A stretch of DNA of 64,000 bases from Lingula anatina (lineage: Eukaryota > Animalia > Brachiopoda). How positions within the stretch are numbered: the first letter of the stretch is position 1; each line of letters opens with the position of its first letter. The stretch spans positions 51,004,788-51,068,787 of the forward strand of contig CM120640.1 of the NCBI GenBank assembly GCA_051362555.1, written 5' to 3'. The notes beneath the pieces were generated by a model. The model was not told where the DNA came from. It searched no databases and saw only the letters and a program-made list of their open reading frames with translations. A program made the translations under genes and the position numbers. This document shows, piece after piece, positions 37,752 to 52,400 of the stretch.

Positions 37752-39379
37752 GGTTGTACATCGACATTCAGTATTATGACTTGACTGGTTGTAGTCAAAT
37801 AAGCATTCCACAAACAACCTGTCAAGTAATATGACAAATGTAATTGATGCAATTTAATTAAAATGTGGATCTCATGATCTCTCTTTTTTTTGTATAGATT
37901 ATGTATGTCTTGTAAAAAAGTAATTTAGGATTTTCTTATAGAATCATCTTTCTGTCTTTATCTTATTTTGAAGTTTTGTGTACATTTTGTTACATGAAAG
38001 TCACTGAAAGCTACGCATGTTGTATGACTTTACTACTGAATGGCACAATTCCGCTTTTTATAAGTCCTCTATTTCTACAGTATTCAGAATATTGATACTG
38101 TGTATTTACCAGAAGATGTACAGTCTTGTTTTCATAGTTAAACTTTTTGTAAAAATGTCTTCAGATAGAAATAATCAATTTTTAAAGGTTTAAGTTCTAC
38201 TTTTTTTTTTTTTGTTCTGTTTGGCACCACTGTATGGTTTTCTCAATTAGTATACCCACGTTGGTATCGGCTCATATTGTACTTTGTTCCCAATGTGTTG
38301 GATATTACTTATGTACATGGTTTGAATGCTCTAAGTTATGAATATACAGCATTGTAACTCAAGTTTTTGAATCATCCTTTTAGAAAATTTTTAATTTGTA
38401 ACTGTTTAATTGACTGGGTTTTCATGTTTTCTTTTCATTTTAATATGCCTTCCTTTCAGTGACTTAATTATATTCCAGCTTTAAGCTTTGTAGTTAAAGG
38501 ATGGGTGTCTCTAAGCAGTTTCATTAATGTGTAAATGTACATAAAATTATGTAAATACGAGCTCTTTGGTGGATATTTTTGAAAAAGTATATTTTTATAC
38601 AGGTTCTTAAATCAATTGTAGAGGGCATGTGAAAATATGTCAATTTTCTGAATATTGCAATTTATATTTTAGAAATTGCATTCTTTTTCATTTTGTTTTT
38701 ATTCAAAGACCAAGGTTTAAGATAATGTTCTGTGACCAAACAAGTATCGTGTTGACGAAAGCTCTGCACATTTTTGTGAAGCAACTGATTGTTAAGCAGA
38801 TAAAATAATGATTGTAAGGCGACTAAGTTGTGATATCTGTTAAAATGGTGCTGACAAATTGCACAATCAATGTGGAACAAAGCAACAGGAGTTTTCTTCA
38901 AAGGATCTAAACCAGATCATCTCTACAATTGCTGAAAGAAGTCAACCCCAAAGACCTCAACTGAAGCTGTGAAGATCACACCAACTGTAGCAAGTGCACT
39001 GCAGTTTCTTTTATCATTCTTTTTTTTTTTTTTTTTTTTTTCGGGCCCTCTTTAGGGCCCACTTATCCTCCAAGAAAAGCTAAATACCAAAAGTTGAGTG
39101 TTGGTTGTGTCACTTGTGTGAGTAAATGGTGATGACATGTGTAGTGGTTGTGCATCATAGGGTATGAATGTCATAAAGGCTGCCTTGATTAACAGTACCT
39201 TCAGTGAATTTCTTCATATAAATGAACACATTTTGATTATTAATTTAAAATAAGTTTCAGGAATTGTGACACCCCGTTTTAATATGCATTTCACAACAAG
39301 CAAATTAATTCATCTGCAGGTCATTGACTCTGCAAATTGAGATGTAATAAATAGGCCTTGGAAAATCAAACAGGCCTAG

Positions 39380-39496
39380 CAGATAATTACCCCCTGACAG
39401 TTTTACTAGGCGTGACGGACATTTAAGCCAGCCAAGTTGACAGCAATTTAGTGAGACTCCCCAGAGATCGATCTAAATATCTGTGAGAATGGTCTC
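39380..39496 (-). mobile_element. MITE fragment related to 14317-14530
   Basis: The reverse complement (gagaccattctcacagatatttagatcgatc...agtctcactaaattgctgtcaacttggctggcttaa...gggggtaatta) aligns with the left half of the 14317 element. Confidence 0.6.
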
Positions 39497-40446
39497 ATAG
39501 ACATTGTAAAAAGCTCATAGAAATATAATTAATTCTTTTTTACCTCCAAAACAGCAGCTAGGGCAATTATTCTGAAATCTGTGCATGTAATCGGACCATG
39601 TGATCTCCATAAGCGGTTATTCTCTGTAACAATCTCATAAGAGGAAAAAAAAAAAACTGGGACAAACTGGTAAATATGGGAAAATTTTTGTTCCAAGGAA
39701 AGTCCATTTTTTTGGCCAAAATTAATAGTTATACCTTTTACACATCAAATATAATATGGGGCAAGAAACATTAATACATTCTTTATTATGTATCTGTTAA
39801 ATATAACAAAAAAGACAATTATTCAAATTTATTATTTAAAACCCTTTGTCTCCTGATCAACATACAAGTAACATGTGAGCCTTGTCATTTTGAAAATTCC
39901 TGACAAGTGAAATATCTTCCAGCTATAAATAATCCTTCCAGCTATACAATGATCTAAAGTTCAACAATGTTAAAACCAGGGGCAACACGGATTGTGCTGA
40001 TCAAGAATAATGTGATTATAAAAGGCACCTCATTTTTTTTCCACCTCCCCTCCATAATTTATGTTAAGCTAAACAGTTCATTGCCATTATACAAAATAAA
40101 ACCAACTCATCTCAAATATAAACACATGCCAATACATAACTAGGAAGATACAGTAAAATAATATTCTCAGAAGTGGAAGTTTCACTTTTTTTTTTGCATT
40201 TGGAACTTATTGGGTGCATTTAAAACTATGATACAAGGTAGAATAATCCAACTCAGCTGGGGCTTGGTGAAGGCAATCAGATTAACTGAATGACATGCCT
40301 ACTCTAGCAGCCCAGAGAAGTTTATCACCTCCTAGCTGCCTGTCCCACTGATAAACAGTTGATTCCATATTTTACACCCAATATCACTGCAACCAAGTTG
40401 CAAATACTGTAAGGGGGCCACTTAAGATTCAAATGTTACACCCTCT

Positions 40447-43400
40447 CTAGGCACTAAGAAGAGCAGAGACCCTAACCGAACCATCCATGGACCCTGTAAG
40501 ACACATCTTGGTGTCTGTTGCAGATGACCAGTCCACAGTGACCACTGGTGATTTATGACCACTGAGATACATAGTATCTGTCATACCATTGTCAACCTAC
40601 AATAAAATTAGAACGTTGAAATTGTAAGTTATTGGAAATAATGTAAGTTATTGGAAATAAATTACAACATTCACTCTTAACATGGATTTAAACTCTCATG
40701 GGTTTATAGCAATATAACAGTTCTCTTTCATGATAGGACTTACTTAACAAACAACATATAAGCATTAACTATGTTAGATATCTTTCTTACAGCAAGTGTT
40801 TAGACAAGACATTTTCAAGGCATCTGTCATTTAGTTTGAAAAAGCTTTTGATTAACCTTGTAAATTTTCCCTCCTGTGTCCGCACAAGTGAGTACATATT
40901 TCCCATCAGAGTCAAAAGCAAACAGTTTTCCCTTGGGCTTCTGTGTCTGTTGATAACCACCAGGCCCTGTCACAGTAAATGGCCCCGTAGCACCAGGATG
41001 AAGAGGTAGGTCTTGTATCTTTGTGCTCATCTTATGAACACTCCACTGAAGAAACTAAAATAGGAGATCATCTTATTATCTCTTAATAGTATGAGATTCA
41101 TATGGCAAAGAGTGTCACTAATGTCAGGACTGATACCCTTTAATGCTAATTAAAAAAGAATTATAAAAAGATTGCCTGTTGCTCTTATGTGAGTTAGAAA
41201 GAAATGACTTTTAAAAAATAAAAGTGCACGGCTACGACGACAGACGCAGATGATGGCTATATGTACAGACACATCTGTGTCTGTACATAATAAATTACAT
41301 GTATAATTTTAACTCGCCTTTCCATCAGATCCCATACAATAGAAAGAGTTTTCATCGTTGCTGAACTGTACTGAATAGACCTCTCCTAAGTGCGCCCCCC
41401 AGGCAGCAATACAGTCGTAGCTCCTCATGTCTGCAATATTCGAGTTTGAGGTAATGATAGCGGGGTCATGTCTTTACATCTGTGATTTGTTACATCTCCA
41501 CTTGCTAATCCCAGCAAATTAAGCAAAATTATGTTGCCTGCATTGACACTCTCCGACACCAATACTCCCATGCATTTTGAATGATGAATTAAAAAATATG
41601 TCACTTTGGGGTCCTGGGAACATACCAGTATATTTTTGGAAAATTGTTCTTCTTTAAGGAAGGTTTTAACATTAATCTATCTTGTTGTAAAGTAACCATG
41701 CAGTGTAGTAATGGTGCGAGGGAGTTACAATGCAGGGGTGTAAAGGGATGTAACCATGTTTTAAACAATTCAAATTACAATAAAAATATAAAAAAAACAT
41801 TTATATGTATGGCATGTTGCACACTTTGTAGTGAATTTTTGTAATCCCACTTTTCTTTTTTTTATTTTGAAGTTCATGATGGAATATTTAAAGACTAACC
41901 AAATATTCTAATCATTCCATCCACTGCCCCAGTTATGAGAAGGTTGCCATTGTGATTGTATGTTGTGCAATTCACAGCTACTGGACCTGGGATCATAGGA
42001 AGATCTTTCTGCAAAAAGTTGGGAGAGATAAGAACACACACACACACACACACACAAAGTCCACACATATACAAAAATCATTTTAACACAAATGTATGTT
42101 ATTTTATGCCGTATGCAGTAAAATTGATGAAATTTATTTGAAATTTTGCTTCAATGTCTGTTAGTTTTTTTTTTTTTTTTTTTTTTTTTTGAAGTGTCGA
42201 TCCATAGCCTTTGTACATGTATATGGCAAGTGGCAATCCAATATTTAACATATGTCTTTTATTTAAAGGCAAAGAGGCCATTCAGAATGAGAAGAGCCAA
42301 GTGCTAACTAGGCCACGACCTGAATATGGCAGACCTACATGAAAGAAAGACCACTAAATCCTGTAATTATCTCTCCGCTTCTCACACTGCTCTCCACACA
42401 TTGTCCCTCGACCAGTTGAATTGAGCCAAGATTTAATTACTGTGACCCTGCAGAGACAACGCGTGGGGAGGCTTGTGAGAGGCGGAGAGACCATAACAGG
42501 ATTAAGCGGTCTTCCTTTCATGTAGGCCCGCCAAATTTAGGTCCTGGCCTAGCTAGCACTTGGCTCTTCTCATTCTGAATTGCCTCAAATACTTAATGAT
42601 ATGATAAAAATAACCTCAAGCTTCATTGTTTTCATATCCCACAATGCTACTTTGCCCATCCTTTGTACAGAGTTGTCAGCTTGTCCTTCTGAAGAGTACC
42701 TGCCACGACTCACTGAGGAACACACAAACTTGCACTGAACTGCAGAGTAAGAGAGAGAAACAACTCTGGAATGAAAATATCTTGAGCTGTTACTCAATTT
42801 AATTTGGGCAAATGCCAAATACATTATGAAAGATAGTATCATGAATTATCTGTCTTTCAAAAGAAGACACAAAATACTGTTTTGCTTCTTGTGATTTGAT
42901 ATTTGACACATATTAACCTTGGATGGACTTCATCAACCATGGTCTCACAAGTTGTTTTTTTGTCCTTAATGTCATACAACCTGACACAGCCAGATTTATT
43001 TCCAAAGAGAAGCTGAAAGAACAACATAATATCAATGATATTTCTACGACCATCTTCTTAAATTGCCACACCTCAAATAGTTAAAAGGCTTTCTACTTAT
43101 TTGCATCTCAATATAGTTTATTTGTTTTATCCAGATTACATACAGGTTTAACTAAGCATAATATGAAAATTTAGGTTCGTATAATTTAATATTTGGCCAA
43201 ACAAAGTCCTATGCATTTATTGGGTACATCTGTTTGTTTTTCAGGAACTTAAAAAAAAAAAACTACATTCAAAACTGTCCATTGAGTGAAAATTATATTC
43301 AAATCCAGTCTCTTGAGCAAAATTTTTCTCTGCACTCTCCCACACATATGCAGTCATAACTTACCAGTTTATCAGTCGGACTTGCCCATTCCAAGGACAT

Positions 43401-46400
43401 AACACCAGATTTTGATATGATGGTAGCAACAGTCACTGGAGATGGCTGGAGAGACCAAACTCTGTAAAATATATAGGGGCATTTACGAACATATATCAGT
43501 TCATTAGTTTTTCAACTAGCATTCAAATGATATTTCAATTTCAAATAAAAAAAATTAAATTGAGAGAGAGAGAGAGAGAGAGAGAAATACTTGACAATGC
43601 CGTCAACATCTGCACTAGCAATGCAATGTCCAGTGTTGCTGAAGCGACAGTGGATGATAGATGATCGATGCTCGGTGTAGTTGTCCTAAAAAGTTAAAAT
43701 GTCCAAGCTAATCACTACAAATACACATTTACATTTAAATGAATAACAGAAATTACCACTTAAAGGAATTCTTTTAGCATCATATAATAAACCACCAGAA
43801 AAAATTGGAATATTCAGAAACTACTGATAAATACACTCACCTGACTTAATAACATAAAAGGAGATTTTGTATCTGAAAATTAAAATCACACGTTAATAAA
43901 GTTCAGAAGGCCTCAAGCCATGTTCCAATTGACACTATAGTTATTTGTAATATTATGCTTTCAACCTTTGTAAATAAACAAAGTTGCAATAGGACAGACA
44001 TCCCAGCAATAGAAAACATTACAGGTTTGACTTTTTCAGTCTGTTATTTGAAACACATGCAGAAGAAAGGCTAAGTTTATTTCAAGATGGATGTAATGTT
44101 TATTAGAGCATACACTTACTTGAAATTGCTGAAGACAAAAGAGGATCTGAAGGTATCCTTTTTACAGGTTGACTACTTTCTTTTTGCACAAATGATGTAG
44201 GGATATTTATCCTTTCCTGCATCCTCTGGTTAGCTGAACTATTTGAATCACTACTTGATCCTTGACGAAATTGACCTTCAGGTTCTTTGGAACTCCGATA
44301 ATACTGTGCGCTGCCATCTGTTGTAATCTAAGAAAAGGTACTAACATCATAAAACAATTTTTTACCAGTGACAAACTAGAGGATCAGAGAGGCGATACCG
44401 CCTCCGAATATTGTACCACCAGCTGGAGCAAGCGCATTCATATAGACCCCCACATATACAAAATAAGGAACACAGCCACCAGTCTTGTGCTTGACAAGCT
44501 GTAAAAATGCAATCAACAAGAATTTTCAAAATATGCAAAAAATATATATGTTACTAAAAATGGTACAATCAAAGTTAAGTTCATCGCAAGGTAGGTCAAA
44601 GGTCAATTCCAAGGTCACAGTAAATTGCCAGTATATGACTTCCTATTCAACTTCAATAGTAACTATGGGCCTATCTCTGCCAGGTTTGGAGTTAAAAGAG
44701 AAAGAAATTAGCAGAGTTCAGTTCATGATAATAAGTAGGTCAAAGGTCAATTTCAAGGTCACACTTAGATTGCCAGTATATGACTTCCTATTCACGTTCA
44801 ATAGTAACTATGGACCTATCTCTGCCAGTTTTGGAGATAAAGGGGAAGCAAACTATGCAAAGTTCAGTTCATGGTGAAAAGTAGGTCAAAGGTCAATTTT
44901 AAGGTCACTTTAAGATTGCCAGTATATGACTTCCTATTCAACTTCAATAGAGACTATGGACCTATCTCTGCCAGTTTTGGAGATAAAAGGGAATCAAAAT
45001 TTGCAAAGTTCAGTTCATGGTGAAAAGTAGGTCAAAGGTCAATTTTAAGGTCACATGTAGATTGCCAGTATATGACTTCCTGTTCAAGTTCAATAGAGAC
45101 TATGGACCTATCTCTGCCAGTTTTGGAGATAAAAGGGAAGCAAAATTTGCAAAGTTCAGTTCATGGTGAAAAGTAGGTCAAAGGTCAATTTTAAGGTCAC
45201 ATTTAGATTGCCAGTATATGTCTTCCTATTCAACTTCAATAGTAACTATGGACCTATCTCTGCCAGTTTTGGAGATAAAAGGGAAGCAAAATTTGCAAAG
45301 TTCAGTTCTTGGTGAAAAGAAGGTCAAAGGTCAATTTTAAGGTCACATTTGGATTGCCAGTATATGACTTCCTATTCAACTTCAATAGTAACTATGGACC
45401 TATCTCTGCCAGTTTTGGAGATAAAAGGGAATCAAAATTTGCAAAATTCAGTTCATGGTGTAAAGTAGGTCAAAGGTCAATTTTAAGGTCACATTTAGAT
45501 TGCCAGTATATGACTTCCTATTCAACTTCAATAGTAACTATGGACCTATCTCTGCCAGTTTTGGAGATAAAAGGGAAGCAAAATTTGCAAAGTTCAGTTC
45601 ATGGTGAAAAGTAGGTCAAAGGTCAATTTTAAGGTCACATTTAGATTGCCAGTATATGACTTCCTATTCAACTTCAATAGTAACTATGGACCTATCTCTG
45701 CAAGTTTTGGAGATAAATGGGAAGCAAAATTTGCAAAGTTCAGTTCATGGTGAAAAGTAGGTCAAAGGTCAATTTTAAGGTCACATTTAGATTGCCAGTA
45801 TATGACTTCCTATTCAAGTTCAATAGTAACTATGGACCTATCTCTGCAAGTTTTGGAGATAAATGGGAAGCAAAATTTGCAAAGTTCAGTTCATGGTGAA
45901 AAGTAGGTCAAAGGTCAATTTTAAGGTCACATTTAGATTGCCAGTATATGACTTCCTATTCAAGTTCAATAGTAACTATGGACCTATCTCTGCCAGTTTT
46001 GGAGATATAAGGGACTAAATGTTATAATTTTGGAGTTACCATAATGTGCCATAAATTTCCTACAAAAAAAATTAATTAAAATAAAGAAAAGGTCATTTTG
46101 GTCAAAATTCTTGAAATGGGAGGTGCTCTGAAGTTCCAGATGTTCAAATTTGTTGAAATAATGTCATTTTTGACCACAAGTTGTCTGCTTTGCCAAGCCT
46201 TATGTTTTATTTTTCCGGAGTTCAAAATTTATTATCCATTACCGTACTGCACATTTTGCTTTCACCACCAATATGTACTTTTTGATACAGCGTAACTTGA
46301 AAACCGTATGGAATACAAAAAAACGGAGACCACCCCCAGTGTTGGGCTTTACATGCTCTACAAAATGCAAAAAAGAATGGGTGTCTAGCATTAACGGTTC

Positions 46401-49400
46401 CCGAATTAGAGACAGTTTTCAGTTTCGATATCTTATGGCCGCTACTCCCGTGAAAATGCACCGATTGACCCCAAATTCACGGAGATGAAAGATGACCTGA
46501 AGGGTAACACTTTCCATTAATATTATTAGTTAAGTCTGTGTGGTGTCTGAATAAGACCGCAAATAATTTTTTTTTCGGCAAAAATTTTGTTTTTTTGAAA
46601 ATTTTGGCCCGTTTGACCTTAAAATAAAGGTCAAAGGTCAAATCCAAGGGCATATTTGAAATCTACACATATGACTTTTGGAAAGCTGTCTGTAGAAATT
46701 TTTCCCATAATTCCTTCTGTAGGGGAGATAATTAGCATTTAATTTTGCCATTTTTGGACAAGGGTGCATTGCAATGAGTGCCACACCTAGACCCCAATAC
46801 CGACAAAGCCCAAATTTTACGTGGAACGAGTTGAGATTATAGGTGACCTAAATCCAAGAGATGGGTATGGAGGCCCTTACCGTCTAGGAGGAGAAGCGGT
46901 AACGGTGACTTGGCGGCAGAGCCGCAGGAGCCGCAGGAGCCGCAGGAGCCGGCGGAACATACGGGTCGGGACTAAAACCATGTGTACCGCCAGCGCCTAC
47001 GCTGGTGGTACAATAAACACATATCACATTTTACTTGTCTTTTTTCAGAACTTCTAATGAGATGGGTTGCAATTAACTTTGGCAAAAGAATAATATTTGT
47101 GTTTAAGAAACGTCTTTATTTACTGATGGCCTTTAACACAAGACAATTTGCATACATTGTACAGGTAATAACTGCAGGTGAACATTAAAAAATATATTTT
47201 GAAAGAAAACAATTTAAAAATTAGGAAAATTGTCTTAAATCTCACATACAGTACTTATAGAGCTCTATATTAACATTCTCCTATTTTGACCACTTTGATT
47301 TGGATCTAACAATGGTACATTTAGCATATTCTCAGTCACAACAAAATAATTTCTCTACAGGGTACTACTTTGACCTTTTTCAAGAAGTTTCACCTCTAAA
47401 GTAAATTTATCAGACTTGGTTAATTTGCAATCCGCATTAAATGGTTTTGATTAGGTTAACTTGTCAATCATAATGTAGAAATGGAATAAATTATCAAAAA
47501 GTAACAAAATGGGCAAAAACCAATCTACAATAAAAACTTGAAAAATCCAATTATTTTAAGAGGCAGAAATCAGTCTTTATGCAAGTGCATGTGGTAAACA
47601 ACAAGGTTCTCCTGACTCAAGTTTTATTGCCTAAACTAAACAGTTGCCGTGTGGCTTGGGTGTACATGGCTACTATGCACAATGACAAAATTTTTAAAAC
47701 TGACACGTCTATTTTGAGTTCTGACAAATTTTTCAAAGTGAAAATAACTATGTCAGCCAAAAATCATCTTCTAATGAAGTTTTTACCATATCCATTTCTA
47801 TCCATAAGCCACAGGACTTACCATTCTGTGGGAAACTGGCTCAGTGCAATCAGAACAACTGAATATTCTTGTTTAGAATAATTAACAAACTAAACTTTGA
47901 CTTCTGCACAACAAATTTCAAATTTTAGTATACAAGTATCCAAAGATAACATGCCACTATATCTAATACTGCATATATTTGTGCCTATCTTAAAGAATCC
48001 AAGCTACAAGTACTAGTACTAGGTTTTATTCCTACAAACTTTCTCAATCAGGTCAGTTAAGCCTTAAGGTCAAATCTTAAATATCTGTTGAGCATTATAC
48101 TTTTCAAAATGAAAACACCATAGAAAAGATAAACCTGCCAATGGTATTACATTCATTTTGTTGTTTTTTTGTTTTTTTTATTTCATGGATAATAGAAAAA
48201 GATAACCAGACAGGTAGCCTGAAACCACAAATTACCCATTAAAAGTTTTAAATCTTCATTGTGCATAGTCATTTCTGAAATCTTTTAACTGTTATTTGTA
48301 GAACCCATGTGTACTATTGAACAGAACCTTAACATGCAAAAAAAGAGGATCTCCACTTTAATCTGTTGAGATAGGAGTAGCCTCACAAGCAGAAGCTAAA
48401 GCTTAAATTTAAAGTAAATGACGTACCTTTAATTACATGTATGCCTTAAAAATTAACAAACCCTTGGCAAAAAGTGTCATGTCTGACAACATCAATATAC
48501 ATAAAGCTATATTCCATTTGGTGTATGAAGGAACTTATATGTACTAGCAAATACATAGCACTTCTTTTTGTCCCCTTTCAGAAGGGATTTAATCTAAACT
48601 TTAACAAAAATGTCTTTGCAAACTGATGCACAGACATCTCTGAATGCATCTCCAAAGAAAGCATGGACTAAATATAGCATCCTCAAGCTAAAGCTAGCAA
48701 TCTAACAAAATTCTGAATATTTCTTTTACACAACTACAACTGTTCTTTACAGACTGAAAATTAAATTTTACAAAAATAAGAGAAGATGTGTAGGTGTGTT
48801 TAACAAATTAAACAAATAATCACAAATTTTATATCCCGCAATTATTTTCCAATAACTGCCACCATGCAAAGACCTAAAACAACACTCAGGCAGTTCTACT
48901 TGTTGAGACAAATGCAAACAAGGCACACATGTGGCACCATCTGGTTGGTTAGTGGGAAAGCAGAGCAGGAATGGAATCAGCAATTTTGGCTGTGGTATAA
49001 CATCATCATGTGTCTTTGTTAACTTATTAGTGGCTGGTTCCAAGAAGGCAGGTTACATTGGTAAGTTCTGCAGAAAGCAAAAAAAGATGCTTTGAGGAAA
49101 GATGTGTCTAGGCACATTAGAGTTGGCTAAGGTACAGCATATCAGTAACATAGCACCCAACTTAAGTATAAGGGGTAGCTACTAATTATACCCTGTTTAT
49201 ATCGGACTGTGACACTCCATGACCATAGCAATCACAGAAATTTCGGTAACTCTAGCAAGTCTCAATTTGTCTCTGCTTTGGTTGCCTATTTGTGTTTTCA
49301 TTAAACATCAAGCTCTCTATAATGCTTGCAAGTGACACATTCTTCAAATGTTACACAAACATAAACTACTGCATGCAAGTGAATTAGGTGTGTACCAATA

Positions 49401-52400
49401 TTCCAACCTGTGGGACCCACTGGAAAGTGACTTTAGACCTGTGAGATTTTGTTATCACATAATGATAGCTTCTTGTAATTGTCACTGGTCGCAAATCTCA
49501 GGGCAACTGATGAAGCAAGAATGATGGAGACCAAGATCGCATTCACAACGAGTTGAGCCAGGCTTTACAAATCCTGGGGACTAAATATGGCAGACGTACA
49601 TGAAAGAAAAACCGCCTAATCTTTTAATAGTCTCTCCGCCTCTCACACGCCTCCCCAAACGTCTTCCCTGCGGGGTACAGTCATTAAATCTCGGCACCGT
49701 TCGCCATGCGGAAGCTACCTGAGAAATATTAAGTGCGCATGCTCATTGGTCTTGGGTCAGCTGATCAGCTAGTTCCCCTTCTTCAGTTGAAGTTTAATTG
49801 ATGAGCTTGCACATTTAATATTTCTCAGGTAGCTTCCGCATGGCGAACGGAGCCGAGATTTAATGACTGTACCCCGCAGGGACGACATGTGGGGAGGCGT
49901 GTGAGAGGCGGAGAGACTATTAAAAGATTAGGCGGTTTTTCTTTCATGTACGTCTACCATATTTAGTCCCCAGGATTTGTAAAGTCTGGCTCAACTCGTT
50001 GTGAATGCGATCCAAGAGAGACTAATAAGATCACTTGGACACCACCTTGCAATCCCATGGCGATACCCTGTGAGGCTGTGACTGCTGATTATAGTAGATC
50101 AAAAATAATTTCCATGTGTCGCCAGCCCAGTGTAAACAGGGTTTAAGCTACATATCTGTGTGCCACTTTACCATTCTAAATTGCAAAGCAAAACTTATTT
50201 TATGATCCAGATGTTTGACTTTTTCACATGATAGAGCATATTATGGGTGGCCAAAAGGGCAAAAATTCATGTCGTCGATTCAGTTATGTTTCGTCGATTC
50301 ACTGCCTTCCCATCGATTCAGTTTCAAGTTTAAACGATCCTGGCATAAATTCAACATCTACTTTCGTCAATTCAATTGTCAAACATTTCTCATCTACATG
50401 TATGGTGTATTAAAACCAATGCTGTCACTATTTTCGTCGATCGTGTAACTAATCTCGTCGATCGTCAAACTGTTTTCGTCGATCGTGTAACTATTCTCGT
50501 CGATCGTCTAATCTCGTCGATCGTGTAACTATTCTCATCGATCGTCTCATCGATCGATCGCCAGAGAGCGCTGCGGTAGCAACACGTGCTTCTGTCTGTC
50601 AATCACGCGGTAATTTTTAACTCGGCCAGCCATGGTCAGAGTTAAGCACAACTAGAAAATAATGTCCCTACAACCGAATGTCTTTTAATTATTAACAACT
50701 AAAATTGAAATTGTTGAGAAAATGTTCTTATTTCACTAGCAATCATTTTGTTGTCTGCCATTTTGATAGTCATGTGATAGGCCAATGTGCTACCGCAGCG
50801 CCCTCTGGCGATCGATCGATGAGACGATCGACGAGAATAGACGATCGATGAGAATAGTTACACGATCGACGAGATTAGACGATCGATGAGAATAGTTACA
50901 CGATCGACGAGATTAGTTGGACGATCGACGAGATTAGACGATCGACGAGAATAGTTACACGATCGACGAAAACAGTGACGGCATTGGTTTTAATACACCT
51001 TAGATGAGAAATGTTTGACAGTTGAATTGACGAAAGTAGATGTTGAATTTATGACAGGATCGTTTAAACTTGAAACTGAATCGATGGGAAGGCAGTGAAT
51101 CGACGAAACATAACTGAATTGACGACAGAATTTTTTGCCCTTTTGGCCGCCCATAGCATATGGGAGTCAATTTAAGTTAGTCATAAAGTGTATAGAGGAA
51201 ATTAAAAAGTCAAAACAGTCAATTGTGTCACTTTATTTAAGTCAGTTCAACCAAGTCAGTGAAACTTCAGACATATGCAATAAATCAAAATACCAAAACA
51301 GCATCCAATGCTACATGCAAGAGAAGAAATCGAGAAAACAGGCTCAAAGTGCAAACCAATGAAATATATAGAAATATATATGAAATGTATATGAAATATA
51401 TAGAAATCCCACTAAAAACCTCAAATTTCTCCACACCATGTTAAGCATACATAAATTCTTAATCTACATGCTTACCTTTTCTTTATTTGGTTGTGATTTG
51501 CCCAGTAGTTCCTGTCGTTGTTTTTCATGCTCTTCTTGCAGTTTCATCCTTCTGGGAGGAGAATTCTGGGCCTTGCTTTTGGTTTTAATTTCTTTGGCTT
51601 TTGCTTTCGAAATAGGGTTATCATCTTTGCCTTGTAAATGTCCAAGAGTGTTTGGGAGAGATTTTCTAATGTTATGAAACAAAGGCTTAATTTGGAGCTT
51701 GGGATGGCTACTTCTTTTGGGTTCTTCAGTGACAGTATCCCTATATGAAAGCAATGGCAAGGCTGTGATAAATATACACACATATGCACAACAAAAGTCT
51801 CTTTTCATTTTTGATGTTCTTACTAGTGTGTGATTTTTAGGACATAGGTGCCAAAATAAAATCAGACTCAAATTATTGGACGACCATCTAAGAAAGAACA
51901 TTCTTGTAGCCTTACTGTGTTCCAGTATAAAATTCATCCATAAGTTCCATGCTGCCCTGAATGGCATCCTGCCTAGAAGTTCTTATAACGCCACGGTCAG
52001 CTGATTTGCGTTTGAGGTGTTCCTCTAGTTGCTTTTTCTCCATAAGGGCAGTCAGCTACATATTCATAAAAATGAAACTTTGTAATGCAACAGTTCCTAA
52101 CTAACATGTAAACATTCATAATGATTCACATGGAGTTTCTTGACAAAAAATTACTTAAAATATATATACACCGTGGTAGTAACATCAAAATACCTTAATT
52201 ACAAAAAGATTAGGTCTTGTAATCTTTAAAAAATGAAGCATAAGTACATGTAATACATGTACTGTACAATACCTGTTCACTGTACATATTATTCTCATCT
52301 TGTAATTGTGCTAGCTTTGCTTGTTCTTCTTTAAAACTCAAAAGAGGCGGAAGAGGTAAGTTTGTTAAGGTATGACAAAATGAATATGACAAAATTTAAC

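Noticed and set aside
44570-46012. Regular repeat array as CRISPR, or its short ORFs as genes
   Set aside because: Units are contiguous 146-bp copies with no unique spacers and the DNA is eukaryotic. The ORFs are translations of the satellite.
47822-47858. 37-nt candidate cassette exon in WDR91 (GTAAGT donor)
   Set aside because: Poor polypyrimidine tract and an immediate stop; the gene model is complete without it.
50430-50980. CGATCG-rich short repeats as a regulatory or CRISPR-like array
   Set aside because: They are mirror-symmetric subterminal repeats of MITE family B and recur in the second copy.
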